64,000 nt of DNA, taken from IMG/VR virus record IMGVR_UViG_3300028797_000004; one strand, given 5' to 3'. How positions within the stretch are numbered: position 1 is the first letter of the stretch; each line of letters starts with the position of its first letter. The notes under the pieces were generated by a model. The model did no database searches and was not told the origin of the DNA. It saw only the letters and a list, made by a program, of their open reading frames with translations. The position numbers were made by a program, and so were the translations under genes. Source of the stretch: a virus (taxonomy: Duplodnaviria; Caudoviricetes). Of this stretch, positions 48,426-59,482 are shown one piece after another.

Positions 48426-49871
48426 ATGCTTAAACAGCCTTTTTGCAACTTCATGCTTGCAGGTATAAGCTTGTGTGATTTTGGTTTGAAAATACCAAGC
48501 CCTTTTACAAAGCTTACACTTACTGGTGCACAGATACTTACAGAGACATCTTGGTCCCTCAATTGTACTGTTACTGGTGATGCGCAGAAAAGTGTAAACA
48601 TAGCTGCATTTGAAGCACTTCTATACAGCGCAGCTCAGAATGCTGCAAAACAGCCGACAAACAAAGGTATTCCAGTATCTTTCTTGTTTGGCTGGCTTGA
48701 CACTAGAGGTAATGTAGACGAATACTTATCCTATCAAGGTTATCTATATAAGTATACAGTGAATACTTCTGGTAACTACATACAGTATACACTGACTGGT
48801 CTAGCATCTAGATCTCAGCAGTCACATATGCCAGTACTTCGTATTCCTGCTATATGCGGTATTGTTCAACCTTCTGCAGTAGTAGAAGCTGTAGCAAAAG
48901 CTGCTAAAGCAACTACATACTATATGCTGGATATAGATCACAATGACGTGCCTACATTGGTGAACCATGCACCGTTGACTACTAGCTTCAATAGCTATGT
49001 TAGAGGTGAAGTGTCTGCACGAGATGAATATGATAATTTTCCTGGTTTGCTTCGTCTCTCAAAATCTTATAATGCTACTAGAGTAGCTGGTGGGTTGAAA
49101 CGAGGCATCAAAAAGATCAGTACACTCGTGAATAATCTTGCACCTGCAGAAATAAAGAAGTACCTCAGGGTTGCCGAGGTAGATACTAGTCCTCAGTGCT
49201 TGCCATTTTCCTTCTGGGTTGACGAACCTACAATGACTCGACCTGGAATCATTCATTATAAATCTAATGCGAGTCGCCTTACAACTCATGCCCCTGATGT
49301 ATTACAGTTCGGTACTAGCACATCGAATATCATGTCGCTCTCGGGTAAATACGACGGTATCGCATATAATCTAACAGATATGAACTTCACTCAGTTGGGC
49401 TTCGCTGTAGACGCAAGTGGTAACACAATTGCTGAGGCTACACAAGTTGTTAACAGCTGGGCAGCAGATTTACCTGATGTATTTCAAACAGCTAACATCA
49501 TTAATGATATCAATGCTCTTGCGTCACAATTTGCTGAGGAGTTCACAGTAGTGATTGCAGGAGCTACAAGAGACTATGAACTTGCACAACCTGTGTCGTT
49601 AGTAGTTATGTCTGGTAATACTTTATCGCCAATTACCGGTGTATATAACATCATGGCTGTAACGCATGAGATTTCATCAACATTTCTGACTACACTTCGT
49701 ATTCAGCGATTGTCAATTAGTACAGCAAATCAGACAGCAGCAGCTCAAAACATATATGTTTCGGGTAGTTCACAATACAGAAACAATTCTTACACAAAGA
49801 CACCAAATATTATCACACCTTACAAGGTACAGCTTCCTGATCTATATCCGAACTACGAGAATATCGGCTGA
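48426..49871 (+). CDS. Baseplate hub-like protein
   Basis: FLFGW; TGVYNIMAVTHEIS..FLTTL C-terminal motif. Confidence 0.6.
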   Translation: MLKQPFCNFMLAGISLCDFGLKIPSPFTKLTLTGAQILTETSWSLNCTVTGDAQKSVNIAAFEALLYSAAQNAAKQPTNKGIPVSFLFGWLDTRGNVDEYLSYQGYLYKYTVNTSGNYIQYTLTGLASRSQQSHMPVLRIPAICGIVQPSAVVEAVAKAAKATTYYMLDIDHNDVPTLVNHAPLTTSFNSYVRGEVSARDEYDNFPGLLRLSKSYNATRVAGGLKRGIKKISTLVNNLAPAEIKKYLRVAEVDTSPQCLPFSFWVDEPTMTRPGIIHYKSNASRLTTHAPDVLQFGTSTSNIMSLSGKYDGIAYNLTDMNFTQLGFAVDASGNTIAEATQVVNSWAADLPDVFQTANIINDINALASQFAEEFTVVIAGATRDYELAQPVSLVVMSGNTLSPITGVYNIMAVTHEISSTFLTTLRIQRLSISTANQTAAAQNIYVSGSSQYRNNSYTKTPNIITPYKVQLPDLYPNYENIG

Positions 49872-49882
49872 GGTGAGTAATC

Positions 49883-50320
49883 ATGGTGTATACAACAATT
49901 GAACATTCATTATTAACTAAATCCGCTACAACCGTTGTGTCCAAACCCTATGTTGATTCTGTGAAGTCTGCGTGGTATGATGCATGTAAAGGGTTTCACA
50001 CAGGTGTAAGCATACAAGCTAAGCAGTTGTATACAGCTCTGCAAGGTACAGTCATTGGTATCAACCGAGAAAAACATATTACTGTAACTATTCAGTATGA
50101 TGCAAATCATGTAATGTCTTATGGAAATCTGATTACAACTGAATTGAAGCTTAACCAAGCTGTATCACAAGGTGTATATATCGGTGATGTAGATCGAGAG
50201 GCGCTTGTAGAGTATTGGGTGCGCTCTCGTCAATCAAATTTTGCAGTACGATTTGGTACTGAAACATACTATAAGATAGATCCGCTGCCCTTGCTCAAGC
50301 AGTGTGTATATCAGAAGTAG
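49883..50320 (+). CDS. Degenerate M23-peptidase-like protein
   Basis: FHTGVSI, GTVI, YGNL...V.QG.YIG, IDPLP; metal ligands incomplete. Confidence 0.5.
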   Translation: MVYTTIEHSLLTKSATTVVSKPYVDSVKSAWYDACKGFHTGVSIQAKQLYTALQGTVIGINREKHITVTIQYDANHVMSYGNLITTELKLNQAVSQGVYIGDVDREALVEYWVRSRQSNFAVRFGTETYYKIDPLPLLKQCVYQK

Positions 50321-50328
50321 GTGGGTAC

Positions 50329-52095
50329 ATGGCGTTAAAAGGTATAGATGTCAGTGTCTGGCAAGGTAACATAGACTGGTCTCGAACTAGTAAGGCTATA
50401 GATTTTGCTATACTTCGTGGCGGATATGGTAAGACAATTGATGCACAATTCCAGAACAATGTATCAGGCACCAGTAAGTACAACGTACCTATTGGTGTTT
50501 ATTGGTATTCTTACGCAAATTCTGTTTCAGATGCATATGTAGAAGCACAAGCTTGTATCGCAGCAATCAAAGGTAAGAAGCTCGCTTACCCTGTGTTCTA
50601 TGACATAGAAGAACAAAGTATCTATGCAAAAGGTTCAGTTTTCATAACACAGATATGCGAAGCGTTCTTCAATACATTGAAGCAGGCTGGTATCAAGAAA
50701 TTAGGTGTATATTCGTCAGCCAGTCCTCTGAGTACATATTTCGACAAACATTTACTGTCAAAATATGATGTATGGGTTGCTCACTATGGTGTATCTAAGC
50801 CATCTTATTCTGGTGAATATACTATGTGGCAATATACATCTACAGGCAGCATACCAGGTATTGACGGCAATGTAGACACAAACTATTGTTACAAGGATTA
50901 CACAGGTAACGGAACACAGAGTGCTGTAATGAGCTCTAGCGAGTTTCTGTCTAACGATACTGCTATGTTATCTTCTATCTCACCAGATATGATTGATGCA
51001 GAAAGTATCAAAGCTTATATCGCTACTGTGGACAGAAAGACTCAGAAATTTGTAGGTGAGTCACTTGTTGCTTCTCGAGTATCTGGTGTAATGATAGAAG
51101 CAGGATACTTGTACGATCAATCACATATGATGACAAAAGCATTTGCAAATCCGCTGTTAGATCGTCAAGTGAAAGAATGTCAAAGCGTAAATCTACCATA
51201 TGGCCTCTATATGATTGGTAGAGCCAAGAATGAGTCAGAAGCTCTTAGTGAAATGTGGTGGTTCTCTCGTTATATACAGAAGCATATACCTAAGTATGGT
51301 GCATGGATTCAGCTAGAGCTTAGTGCGTCTAAAACAATTAATGATAGAATTGTCGATACATACCGAGAATACCTTGAGAAACTAGGTCTAAGAAAGAAGA
51401 TAGGATTCTATACCACCAAGGATCAACTTTCAAAAATAACCTGGAAAGATAAGTGTAACGACTGGTACTTATGGCTCAATGCGCATGTGTCAGATCTCAG
51501 AGAGCTTGATGGACTGTTATATCCTGAATTCTTCATGCTAGATGCTGCCAATGCTAAGCCTAGGTCTGTGAACACAACATATGTGAACTCACTCAATCCT
51601 ACACCTTTAGCTCAACAAGATGTAGCTGGCGGTACAACAATTACTATTCCTGCTTCTGTCAGACAGTCTGGTATCACTGGTAACTATACTAATTATACAT
51701 ACATGTATGGTCGTTGGGCTAGATCCACTATTCAGTATCAGCTTGCTGAGATGTGGGCTAAACAAGGCAAACCTAGTAGCCGAAACATTGCTACAATTTC
51801 AGGATATTATCTTGCTGCTGTTGCACCTAAGTTTGGAACAACGGGCGATGTAATCTCTGTCTACCTAGAGAACGGTCAACAGTTTTCTTGTATACTTGCT
51901 GATGCTAAAGGCACTGATGCACAATCGCCTTATGGTCATGTATTCGGTGACGGTACAGTGGATATAATTGAGTGGGAGAAAGCTGGCACACCTTATAGTA
52001 ATGTCGATAACGCTACAAAGATTGACTTGACTAACTGGCAGGGTGTTAAAGTTTCAAAAATTTCAAATAGAGGAAGATTCAAGGGGTTGACGTAA
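50329..52095 (+). CDS. GH25 muramidase with second GH25-like domain and C-terminal domain
   Basis: GIDVSVWQG.IDW, GVYWYSYA, PVFYDIEE, MWQYTSTG...VD.N. Confidence 0.9.
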   Translation: MALKGIDVSVWQGNIDWSRTSKAIDFAILRGGYGKTIDAQFQNNVSGTSKYNVPIGVYWYSYANSVSDAYVEAQACIAAIKGKKLAYPVFYDIEEQSIYAKGSVFITQICEAFFNTLKQAGIKKLGVYSSASPLSTYFDKHLLSKYDVWVAHYGVSKPSYSGEYTMWQYTSTGSIPGIDGNVDTNYCYKDYTGNGTQSAVMSSSEFLSNDTAMLSSISPDMIDAESIKAYIATVDRKTQKFVGESLVASRVSGVMIEAGYLYDQSHMMTKAFANPLLDRQVKECQSVNLPYGLYMIGRAKNESEALSEMWWFSRYIQKHIPKYGAWIQLELSASKTINDRIVDTYREYLEKLGLRKKIGFYTTKDQLSKITWKDKCNDWYLWLNAHVSDLRELDGLLYPEFFMLDAANAKPRSVNTTYVNSLNPTPLAQQDVAGGTTITIPASVRQSGITGNYTNYTYMYGRWARSTIQYQLAEMWAKQGKPSSRNIATISGYYLAAVAPKFGTTGDVISVYLENGQQFSCILADAKGTDAQSPYGHVFGDGTVDIIEWEKAGTPYSNVDNATKIDLTNWQGVKVSKISNRGRFKGLT

Positions 52096-53744
52096 TGGCT
52101 ATTAGATCATCTAGACCTGGTGTAGAAAATCTTAAATGGTACAATGTAGCACCTAAAGGTATCAGCTACTGTCAAGTTCAGTCTGGTACTTGCACGTTAC
52201 CTAATTGTGTAGGCCAAGCTATTGGTAGGTTCATGGAGATGGCTGGTATTGATAAGTGTAATCTACCTAATTCTAATGGTGGTCAAATGTGGTATGATGT
52301 AGGTAACGCATACCCAAAAGGTCAAACTCCACAGGTTGGTGCGGTAGGCTGCTACAAAGACAACTATGGTGGTTATGGTCATGTACTCATCGTAGAGAAG
52401 GTGAATGCCGATGGTAGTATATACACATCGGAGAGTGCTTGGGGTCAGCCTGAGTTATTTTGGTTCAACCAAACACTGTATCCGCCATATTACACTTGGA
52501 GCTCACAATTTTCTTTACAAGGATTCATATACAATACACACCTGAAAACCAAATCCGGTAAACAAGTCCTGCAGGAATTTGTGAACCAAGCTAAAGCTCA
52601 AATCAACTCTATGCTGTCTTGGACGCAGAAAGAAACAGGTTGTGGTAATATCGCATGGAGCGGAGCTTACATACAAGCTTGCGCAAAGCGTGTAGGTGGT
52701 ATACTTGATGCTGTGATCCCAAACACACATGTAGTGCGTGATATGTTCAAACAAGGTGTGGAAAAAGAAATAGGCAAGTTTATTCGCGGTCCTCAGTTTA
52801 AAGCTGCGCCTAAACCTCAAATAGGTGACCTTGTTTCCTTCAGGACAATCAATCGTGTATTTCGAGATGAATATGATGCAGATGCAGTTGGGCTTGTAGT
52901 CGAAGTATTATCTAATACTTTTGTCTGTGTAATTGGTAATCAAGACAGCAATAACATACATCTTAGTGTAGTTGCTAAGAAGCAATACAAGCTTAGTACT
53001 AACACAATTTGCGGGTACTACAGACCTGATTGGGCAAAACTAAATTCACCTAATTTAGATTTGATGAACAACGGTGTTATCGCTGGTGGGCAGTTGTTCA
53101 ACACACAGAATACTGCTGAAGATGCAATCATTCGTGAAGTGGGATATCTTAGCGACAATTATGAACCTTCTATATCAACAAGCCAGATACGCCTATCAGT
53201 GGTGAATTATACTGATATGCTTAATGATATTGCAAGTAGCTTAGGTATGACATCTAGTATGCTTGATTCCGGCTCAGTGTACTCAAATGTTATTACAGAC
53301 GGTATGCAAGATACTACTGCACGAGCTATTGCCAACTACTTCCTTGGAAAAGGGCTGAATGCGGCCGCAGCCATTGCGATTGTAGCTAATATCTACCGAG
53401 AAAGCAGCTTCAATCTAGCAGCAGTCGGAGACGGAGGTACGTCATTTGGTCTATGTCAATGGCATTATGGTCGTGGTGATAACATGAAACGTATGGCGGG
53501 ACCTAATTGGTCAACTAATCTTACAGGTCAGTTGGACTATTTATGGTCCGAGCTTACAGGTGGTGCGTACAATCCTACACTCAATGCACTTAGAACATGT
53601 GATAACACGCTGAGCGGGTGTAAGGGTGCAGTGTCTACTTTCGTCATTGACTTTGAACGACCTCGAGATACTGCCGATGAAATTGCCATACGTCAAGGTT
53701 ATGCTGCAACATTCTGGCAGCAGATTGTAGTACAGAAGGTGTGA
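52095..53744 (+). CDS. Virion peptidoglycan hydrolase: CHAP + CHAP-like + phage tail lysozyme domain
   Basis: LPNCV...GYGHV..VE; ANIYRESSF...FGLCQW...QLDYLWSEL...FERP. Confidence 0.85.
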   Translation: MAIRSSRPGVENLKWYNVAPKGISYCQVQSGTCTLPNCVGQAIGRFMEMAGIDKCNLPNSNGGQMWYDVGNAYPKGQTPQVGAVGCYKDNYGGYGHVLIVEKVNADGSIYTSESAWGQPELFWFNQTLYPPYYTWSSQFSLQGFIYNTHLKTKSGKQVLQEFVNQAKAQINSMLSWTQKETGCGNIAWSGAYIQACAKRVGGILDAVIPNTHVVRDMFKQGVEKEIGKFIRGPQFKAAPKPQIGDLVSFRTINRVFRDEYDADAVGLVVEVLSNTFVCVIGNQDSNNIHLSVVAKKQYKLSTNTICGYYRPDWAKLNSPNLDLMNNGVIAGGQLFNTQNTAEDAIIREVGYLSDNYEPSISTSQIRLSVVNYTDMLNDIASSLGMTSSMLDSGSVYSNVITDGMQDTTARAIANYFLGKGLNAAAAIAIVANIYRESSFNLAAVGDGGTSFGLCQWHYGRGDNMKRMAGPNWSTNLTGQLDYLWSELTGGAYNPTLNALRTCDNTLSGCKGAVSTFVIDFERPRDTADEIAIRQGYAATFWQQIVVQKV

Positions 53745-53748
53745 TGCT

Positions 53749-54051
53749 ATGATTACATTCGGTTTTGCTAAATCATACAGGTACAATGCGCTAGGCGGGC
53801 TTGAAGTTCAGGTGCGTATTCCTTCTGTGCATGGTGCGTATCTGAAATCAGACTACAATGGTCAGCGTATTCGCAATTATGTTGAAGACAAAGATCTGCC
53901 GTGGTATGAATCTCTTCTGCTTCCACATCTGCCTAACGATGGTGATGTAGTAGCGTTAGCAGGTACTAGCGATGCAATGTCTACATTACTTGTAATCGGT
54001 CTAACTGGTGCTAATTATAATTCAGGCAAGACCAATGTCGATTTGAGGTGA
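53749..54051 (+). CDS. gp5/gpV-type OB-fold protein (short)
   Basis: VQVRIPSVHG...DLPW...P..GDVV...VIG. Confidence 0.7.
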   Translation: MITFGFAKSYRYNALGGLEVQVRIPSVHGAYLKSDYNGQRIRNYVEDKDLPWYESLLLPHLPNDGDVVALAGTSDAMSTLLVIGLTGANYNSGKTNVDLR

Positions 54052-54055
54052 TAAT

Positions 54056-54472
54056 ATGTATACAAGCTCAATAGCTTGGCCTAATCTATTTGACGTAGCT
54101 CGAAATCGTGTTGGTGTACTTACAGATAGTGCATCAGTTACTAACCGAACGAAGCTGCTGATGCTTACAAATCCAACTGAATTGTATAATGAGCCCACCT
54201 TCGGGGTAGGGCTTTCAAAATATCTATTTAAGTATAATACCGAAAATACTTATGCGATGATTCAAGATAAAATAAGAGAGCAACTATCCTGGTTTGAACC
54301 TTGTTCAGTTCCTGAACAGACTCAATTCGGTGATGGGCTCCTTTACACAGAACCAAATGGTTCGCGCACCGCTGTAGAATATAACACGTTGAAATTCACA
54401 TGCGGTGTGCAAACAACCTTTGGGGATGTAGCAATAACGGAGGTGGAAGAATCAGATGGCTACAGTAGATGA
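54056..54472 (+). CDS. Sheath initiator (T4 gp25-like)
   Basis: LLMLTNPTE...PTFGVGL.KYLF...I...L..FEP. Confidence 0.8.
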   Translation: MYTSSIAWPNLFDVARNRVGVLTDSASVTNRTKLLMLTNPTELYNEPTFGVGLSKYLFKYNTENTYAMIQDKIREQLSWFEPCSVPEQTQFGDGLLYTEPNGSRTAVEYNTLKFTCGVQTTFGDVAITEVEESDGYSR

Positions 54473-56441
54473 AAGCAGAGGTTTGCTTAAGTACACCTCT
54501 CGAGATTACAATAGTATTCTAGAAGATTTCTGGAAGCTTGTACCTACACTTACAGATCTTTGGGCACCTGAGGCAGACGCAGACCCAGGTGTTGTATTAG
54601 GTAAGTACTTAGCTTCAATTGCAGATATGCTTGGCGTAAACACGGATATGCTTGCAAATGAAGTATTCGCACCTACAGTAACTCAGAGAAAAGATGCAGA
54701 TAAGCTGTTTGGCCTTATCGGTTACAAGCTTGGCTGGTATACAGCTGGCCGCACAGAAGTAACATTCACAAATAATTCTGCAGCAGATAGTGGAACATCA
54801 GTATCTCTCAATTTCGGATATTCTGGTGAAAGCTTCGCTACTTTGAATGCTTATTCTGATATTACAGGAGAGGCGAGGACAATCACATACAATATACTCC
54901 CGCTTACTAATAAGATGGGTAGTACCGACTCAAGAGCAATACGCAAGACCACAACAGATTCTATTGATGTATTTGCAACAACAGATCCTGTAGTGCTGAA
55001 ACCTGGCGAAAGTGTAACTAGAGTTGCTATTGAGGGTGACCTCAGAAGCGTTACTCTTTCTGTTGAAGAAATCAAACAGAATAACTATCTTATACAGTTG
55101 CCTTCACAGCATGTAGATACCACAGCTGTTTGGATCAAAGCAAGATCGTCTTTGAATTCCACATTCCTTACTACTCAGTGGAAACAAGTTGAGTCTACTG
55201 TAGAGTTTGTCGAACCAGAACCTAGATTTGCTGTTGTCTATGATAACTACGGTAACGCTCAGGTTCAGATCTCTAATTATCTCAATGATCTTGAAAATTA
55301 TAGCGATAACTACCTAACAGTATTCTGGATTGACTGCTCGGGCGCGATCGGCTGCGTAGGCGCCGATACGTTAAGCGATTACACCCAGGCGGTAACAATG
55401 TCTGACGGGTCTGTTCCAGATCTTACAGCTATCGGTATTACAAACCTAGCTAATACTGTTGAGCTACCTCACACATATGCGGTATCAGGTAAAAGTCCAG
55501 AGACTGCTAAGGAAGCTTACATCAATAGTCGAAATCAAATCAATACTTGGAACAGTTTGATTACATTACCAGATTTTACTCGTTTCTTGAATCGTGAACC
55601 TGGTGTTGACTGTGGTGTAGTTCTTGATTGCCAGAAAGTATATGAGATCAATCGCGCAATTTATGAAAACGAGGATCTTACTGAAGCCCAGAAGATCAAA
55701 ATGTATATCACATCTGCTGATTTTCCGCTTAGCGATCACCCAATGTCTGACACAGCTTGGTCAGAAACATTGAAAACACAGTTCAATCTTGATTCAAAAG
55801 CTCTGCAGCACTTTCCACAATTTAAGCAGTACGCTGCAGTATGCTTCGCAGTACATAATAATTTTGAAGATAGTAACTTTGGCAGAACTCAGTATAGCTC
55901 AGATAGCGACACCACCAAAGTGCAGTACAAAGACGGTGTAGGTAGCTACAAGCAGTATAAACCGCCAGCAATGTACTGCGCAAAGGTAGTTGATGATTAT
56001 AGACCGTTGCAAGCGATGACTGTTGAGCTTACATTCGGTTGGGCTAGAATCTTCCCTTGGTTTGTAGTAGGTCAAATATATCCTGTAAACCCTGTATCAA
56101 CAGATACTGCTACTACAATTATTAACAATGTTAAAGAAGCATTGAAGCTGTATTTTGCTCCAGAGAATAGGAAGTTTGGTCAAAAGCCAACGGTCATGGA
56201 AGTAGTTACTGTCATTCAATCTGCTGATTCTCGCATTCGATATTTTGATGCAGGGTCACTTAGTAATCCTGTTATCAATTGGGGCTATACATCTTGGCGA
56301 AATGGTAAAGTTGTATTCACTAAAGTTGATACTGATGCTTTCAATCCTATATCTTTCGCAAGATATCAAGATGTAGAGAGTGACGGAACATCTGCAACAG
56401 CTAACATTCGTATTGCTCCTGAATATCTTATAAAGGATTAA
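54456..56441 (+). CDS. Baseplate wedge protein (T4 gp6 / P2 J-like)
   Basis: YTSRDY.SI, DPGVVL, D..ANE.F, IGYK, G..PET, LITL.DF. Confidence 0.8.
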   Translation: MATVDESRGLLKYTSRDYNSILEDFWKLVPTLTDLWAPEADADPGVVLGKYLASIADMLGVNTDMLANEVFAPTVTQRKDADKLFGLIGYKLGWYTAGRTEVTFTNNSAADSGTSVSLNFGYSGESFATLNAYSDITGEARTITYNILPLTNKMGSTDSRAIRKTTTDSIDVFATTDPVVLKPGESVTRVAIEGDLRSVTLSVEEIKQNNYLIQLPSQHVDTTAVWIKARSSLNSTFLTTQWKQVESTVEFVEPEPRFAVVYDNYGNAQVQISNYLNDLENYSDNYLTVFWIDCSGAIGCVGADTLSDYTQAVTMSDGSVPDLTAIGITNLANTVELPHTYAVSGKSPETAKEAYINSRNQINTWNSLITLPDFTRFLNREPGVDCGVVLDCQKVYEINRAIYENEDLTEAQKIKMYITSADFPLSDHPMSDTAWSETLKTQFNLDSKALQHFPQFKQYAAVCFAVHNNFEDSNFGRTQYSSDSDTTKVQYKDGVGSYKQYKPPAMYCAKVVDDYRPLQAMTVELTFGWARIFPWFVVGQIYPVNPVSTDTATTIINNVKEALKLYFAPENRKFGQKPTVMEVVTVIQSADSRIRYFDAGSLSNPVINWGYTSWRNGKVVFTKVDTDAFNPISFARYQDVESDGTSATANIRIAPEYLIKD

Positions 56442-56454
56442 GAGGTGATATCAC

Positions 56455-57642
56455 ATGAGAATGCTTGATATACCTGTACCGGAAATATACAAATCGTCAT
56501 CAGATTTCCGCTTCTTCATGAAGTGGTTCGCTACAGCTCTAGAGAAAACTCAATATGATATTGAGAATTTTCTAGATCTGTATGACCCAGAACGCTGCCC
56601 AAAAGATCTGCTCTGGGCACTCGCAGATACAATGGGCTTCAAATATGACGATAGACTTCCTACATCTTTCAATCGTCTTGTATTGCTGTACTTCATGTCG
56701 ATGATATACAACCGAGGTAGTAGAATGGGCATGATGCTTGCAAGCGAAGTCAACTTAGCTCAGTTGAAGATCCTGATGCTTGCTCAAGGGTATACAGACG
56801 AAAATGGTGAAGTACATGAAGCTGAACCAATTCTATATGATAGACTTGAAGATACTTCAGTACCTGCAAATTCAGTATTTGTTTCATCTAATGTAGCCGA
56901 AGGGTACATAGATGTAGTCTATTTCTCAACAAAGAAGCCGCTTGATGCGTGTATTGAATATGTACGCCCTGTAGGTATGTATGTGTTTCAAAATGCAGGT
57001 GTGCGATTCGACAGCAGAACCAAGATTTCTGTTGATCCAAGACTCACGAATGATTCTGATAGAGCGCTTGACTACAGCCCGACATTTGTTGGTCATTATC
57101 GCAGAAGTGATTATGCTTCATTACAACCTGTGAAGCTTGTAGATGATCCATTACATCCTGGTAACAAGATCCAAGAGCCTACCACTAAGCGACAAAATGT
57201 TTGGTACCGCAACAGTAAGGTAGAAGGGCAAATACCTACAGAGGAGTATGCAGGCTGGAGATCTTTGTACTCACTTCAGCTTTCAAATAATGAACAGATC
57301 GTCAAAGCACTCATTGATCCTATATTCTCATTGGGTCATTCACCATTTGAAGGAGCTCCTGCAACTGTACCAGACGATTACCTCAACACTCCAGATACGC
57401 CTGAGTATAACCTTAGATATGACATTACAACAGATGAGCAGCACACTCGTAAGCCCACAGCTAATGAGTACGCATTCTCTGTCATTGATAAAGATAGAAG
57501 TCCTAGAGAGCTAAGTAAACCTACTCCTGTTCCTGCTATCAATCCACCAATGGGTAAAGTCGGAGATGCTATATCTAAAGATGAATCTAATTCAGAATAT
57601 TATCCTAACCCTGCAGATAGTGATGAACCGAATAACGGTTGA
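56455..57642 (+). CDS. Baseplate wedge protein (P2 I / gp7-like)
   Basis: LYDPERCP..LL..LA..MG, IY..RGS..G, YVRPVG. Confidence 0.75.
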   Translation: MRMLDIPVPEIYKSSSDFRFFMKWFATALEKTQYDIENFLDLYDPERCPKDLLWALADTMGFKYDDRLPTSFNRLVLLYFMSMIYNRGSRMGMMLASEVNLAQLKILMLAQGYTDENGEVHEAEPILYDRLEDTSVPANSVFVSSNVAEGYIDVVYFSTKKPLDACIEYVRPVGMYVFQNAGVRFDSRTKISVDPRLTNDSDRALDYSPTFVGHYRRSDYASLQPVKLVDDPLHPGNKIQEPTTKRQNVWYRNSKVEGQIPTEEYAGWRSLYSLQLSNNEQIVKALIDPIFSLGHSPFEGAPATVPDDYLNTPDTPEYNLRYDITTDEQHTRKPTANEYAFSVIDKDRSPRELSKPTPVPAINPPMGKVGDAISKDESNSEYYPNPADSDEPNNG

Positions 57643-57724
57643 TAATGAAAGGTTGCTGATAAAGCTGTCAGCAACCTTCTATATTTTGTGATAGTAGGCA
57701 TATTAAGACGGAGGTGAGTAATGT

Positions 57725-59473
57725 ATGAATCCGAATCCTGATATATGGGGAAGTCCCGAAAGTTGGTTATATTCACCACATACAACTTACGGTTTAACTT
57801 CACAGTTGGCGCAGACACTAAATGCTGATCGCCCTAAGATTGCAAATTTTGGTACAGGAACTACAGCTGATTATGAGGGAAGCCTTCTGAGGGCTATTAA
57901 GGTATCTCAAAAGATGGTACTTAATGAGTATGTTGATGAAACAGTATGTCCTTGTGGTCAAGATGCTAAAGTCAGCCCGTTTGCGAAAGTAGCAATTTTT
58001 AATGAAAATGATGATTTGTCTACAACACCTCGGGTGGTTACAATTGCAGATACTATCAATTGGTTCTTTGCCGATAGAGCTGCAAGTACACCCGATAATA
58101 GTGCTTTCACTTACATGAAGCAATATACAAAATCTGGGAGTACAAGTGAAGGTTTGAAGTTTCAGCAATTTGCACCTAAAGCAAATAGCCCAGCTAATAG
58201 TACAAATGTAGATATGCAATTATGTCCGTATACATACTATGGATTACGTTCATTATTTTTATCGATAGAAGTACATTGTATGTCTAAGACCGCTACAAAT
58301 CCAATATTGAATACCAATTGGCGTACTCTTAGAGCATGGGAGACACAGTACGCAGAAACGGAAGATATAATAGGTCTGCGTTTGTATGTACGCACTTGTC
58401 AAGCAATTGATCCTGCTACTCATGCATTGACTTACAGTAATGATAAGGCGATATCATATGGTCAGCAATCATTTCTATGTATAACTAATCCATATGATAT
58501 AGTCAATGATGGGGCTGTTACGCCTACACAATTATTGTCTCGATTCAATAGTGGACAACGAAGCATATACATATTTGATAGAACTGATACAATATATGCT
58601 TGGGATCATGGAGCTGATGGTCGTACTAACAGAGCAATACTGCCATGTTGGGATTATTTTGACGGACAAACTGTTCATACTTGGTGGGGCATTACAAGTG
58701 ATCCAGAAAGATACTATTTCTATAGAATACCATACACTGAAAGCAATTATAGTAAGATAATGTCAATAGCCGCTCTGTTCGGTTGCTTTTTTACGGACCG
58801 TAATGTTTATTCATTTGATTATGATATGCTTAGTGAGTATGTCTATTTACCTATCATAGATAGTGACGGAATAGCTCATGGTCAGTATACTAATGGGGCT
58901 GATAATGCTAATAACCCACTGTATTCTAAGAGAAGCATTAGAGATATGAACTATGATCCATATGCTAAACATTATGGAACATATTGTAAAGTCTGCGGTT
59001 ATGGTGGTGAATATAAGTCTATCTGTCCAAGATGTCATGCAACAGGGGATAATCTGTTGAATATCCCCGCAATGACACAAGGCCCTATGTGGAAACTTGA
59101 TCCTGACGATCCTGAATACGGAAGCCTATATGCTATAGATGTTGAAAGAGATCAAACAACAGGGTTCACAAACCCTAATCTTCACAGACGAGTTTCAGAT
59201 GCATTAGAAGAACTACCTAATGGATACTTACACCTTCCTGGTACGCATGAAACAATTGATTACCCAGATAGTGAATACTGCTCAGTTAAGAATTTCGACA
59301 CAGACATAATACTTGATGTGCCAACAATTACAAAATACAATGGATCGCAAAAATACATTGAAATGTCCGAAGTCTTTGTAGAAAAAGGATATACAACCAT
59401 AGGAACAGGTTGTTTCACAGATACAGATGTAGTTTATGTTGAGATACCCGAAGGTATTACTACTATTGAGTGA
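57725..59473 (+). CDS. Putative adhesin/fibre protein with zinc ribbon and C-terminal BspA-type LRR fragment
   Basis: CKVC..CPRC; GYTTIGTGCF...VEIPEGITTIE; after late motif 57674. Confidence 0.55.
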   Translation: MNPNPDIWGSPESWLYSPHTTYGLTSQLAQTLNADRPKIANFGTGTTADYEGSLLRAIKVSQKMVLNEYVDETVCPCGQDAKVSPFAKVAIFNENDDLSTTPRVVTIADTINWFFADRAASTPDNSAFTYMKQYTKSGSTSEGLKFQQFAPKANSPANSTNVDMQLCPYTYYGLRSLFLSIEVHCMSKTATNPILNTNWRTLRAWETQYAETEDIIGLRLYVRTCQAIDPATHALTYSNDKAISYGQQSFLCITNPYDIVNDGAVTPTQLLSRFNSGQRSIYIFDRTDTIYAWDHGADGRTNRAILPCWDYFDGQTVHTWWGITSDPERYYFYRIPYTESNYSKIMSIAALFGCFFTDRNVYSFDYDMLSEYVYLPIIDSDGIAHGQYTNGADNANNPLYSKRSIRDMNYDPYAKHYGTYCKVCGYGGEYKSICPRCHATGDNLLNIPAMTQGPMWKLDPDDPEYGSLYAIDVERDQTTGFTNPNLHRRVSDALEELPNGYLHLPGTHETIDYPDSEYCSVKNFDTDIILDVPTITKYNGSQKYIEMSEVFVEKGYTTIGTGCFTDTDVVYVEIPEGITTIE

Positions 59474-59482
59474 GGTGAGAGT

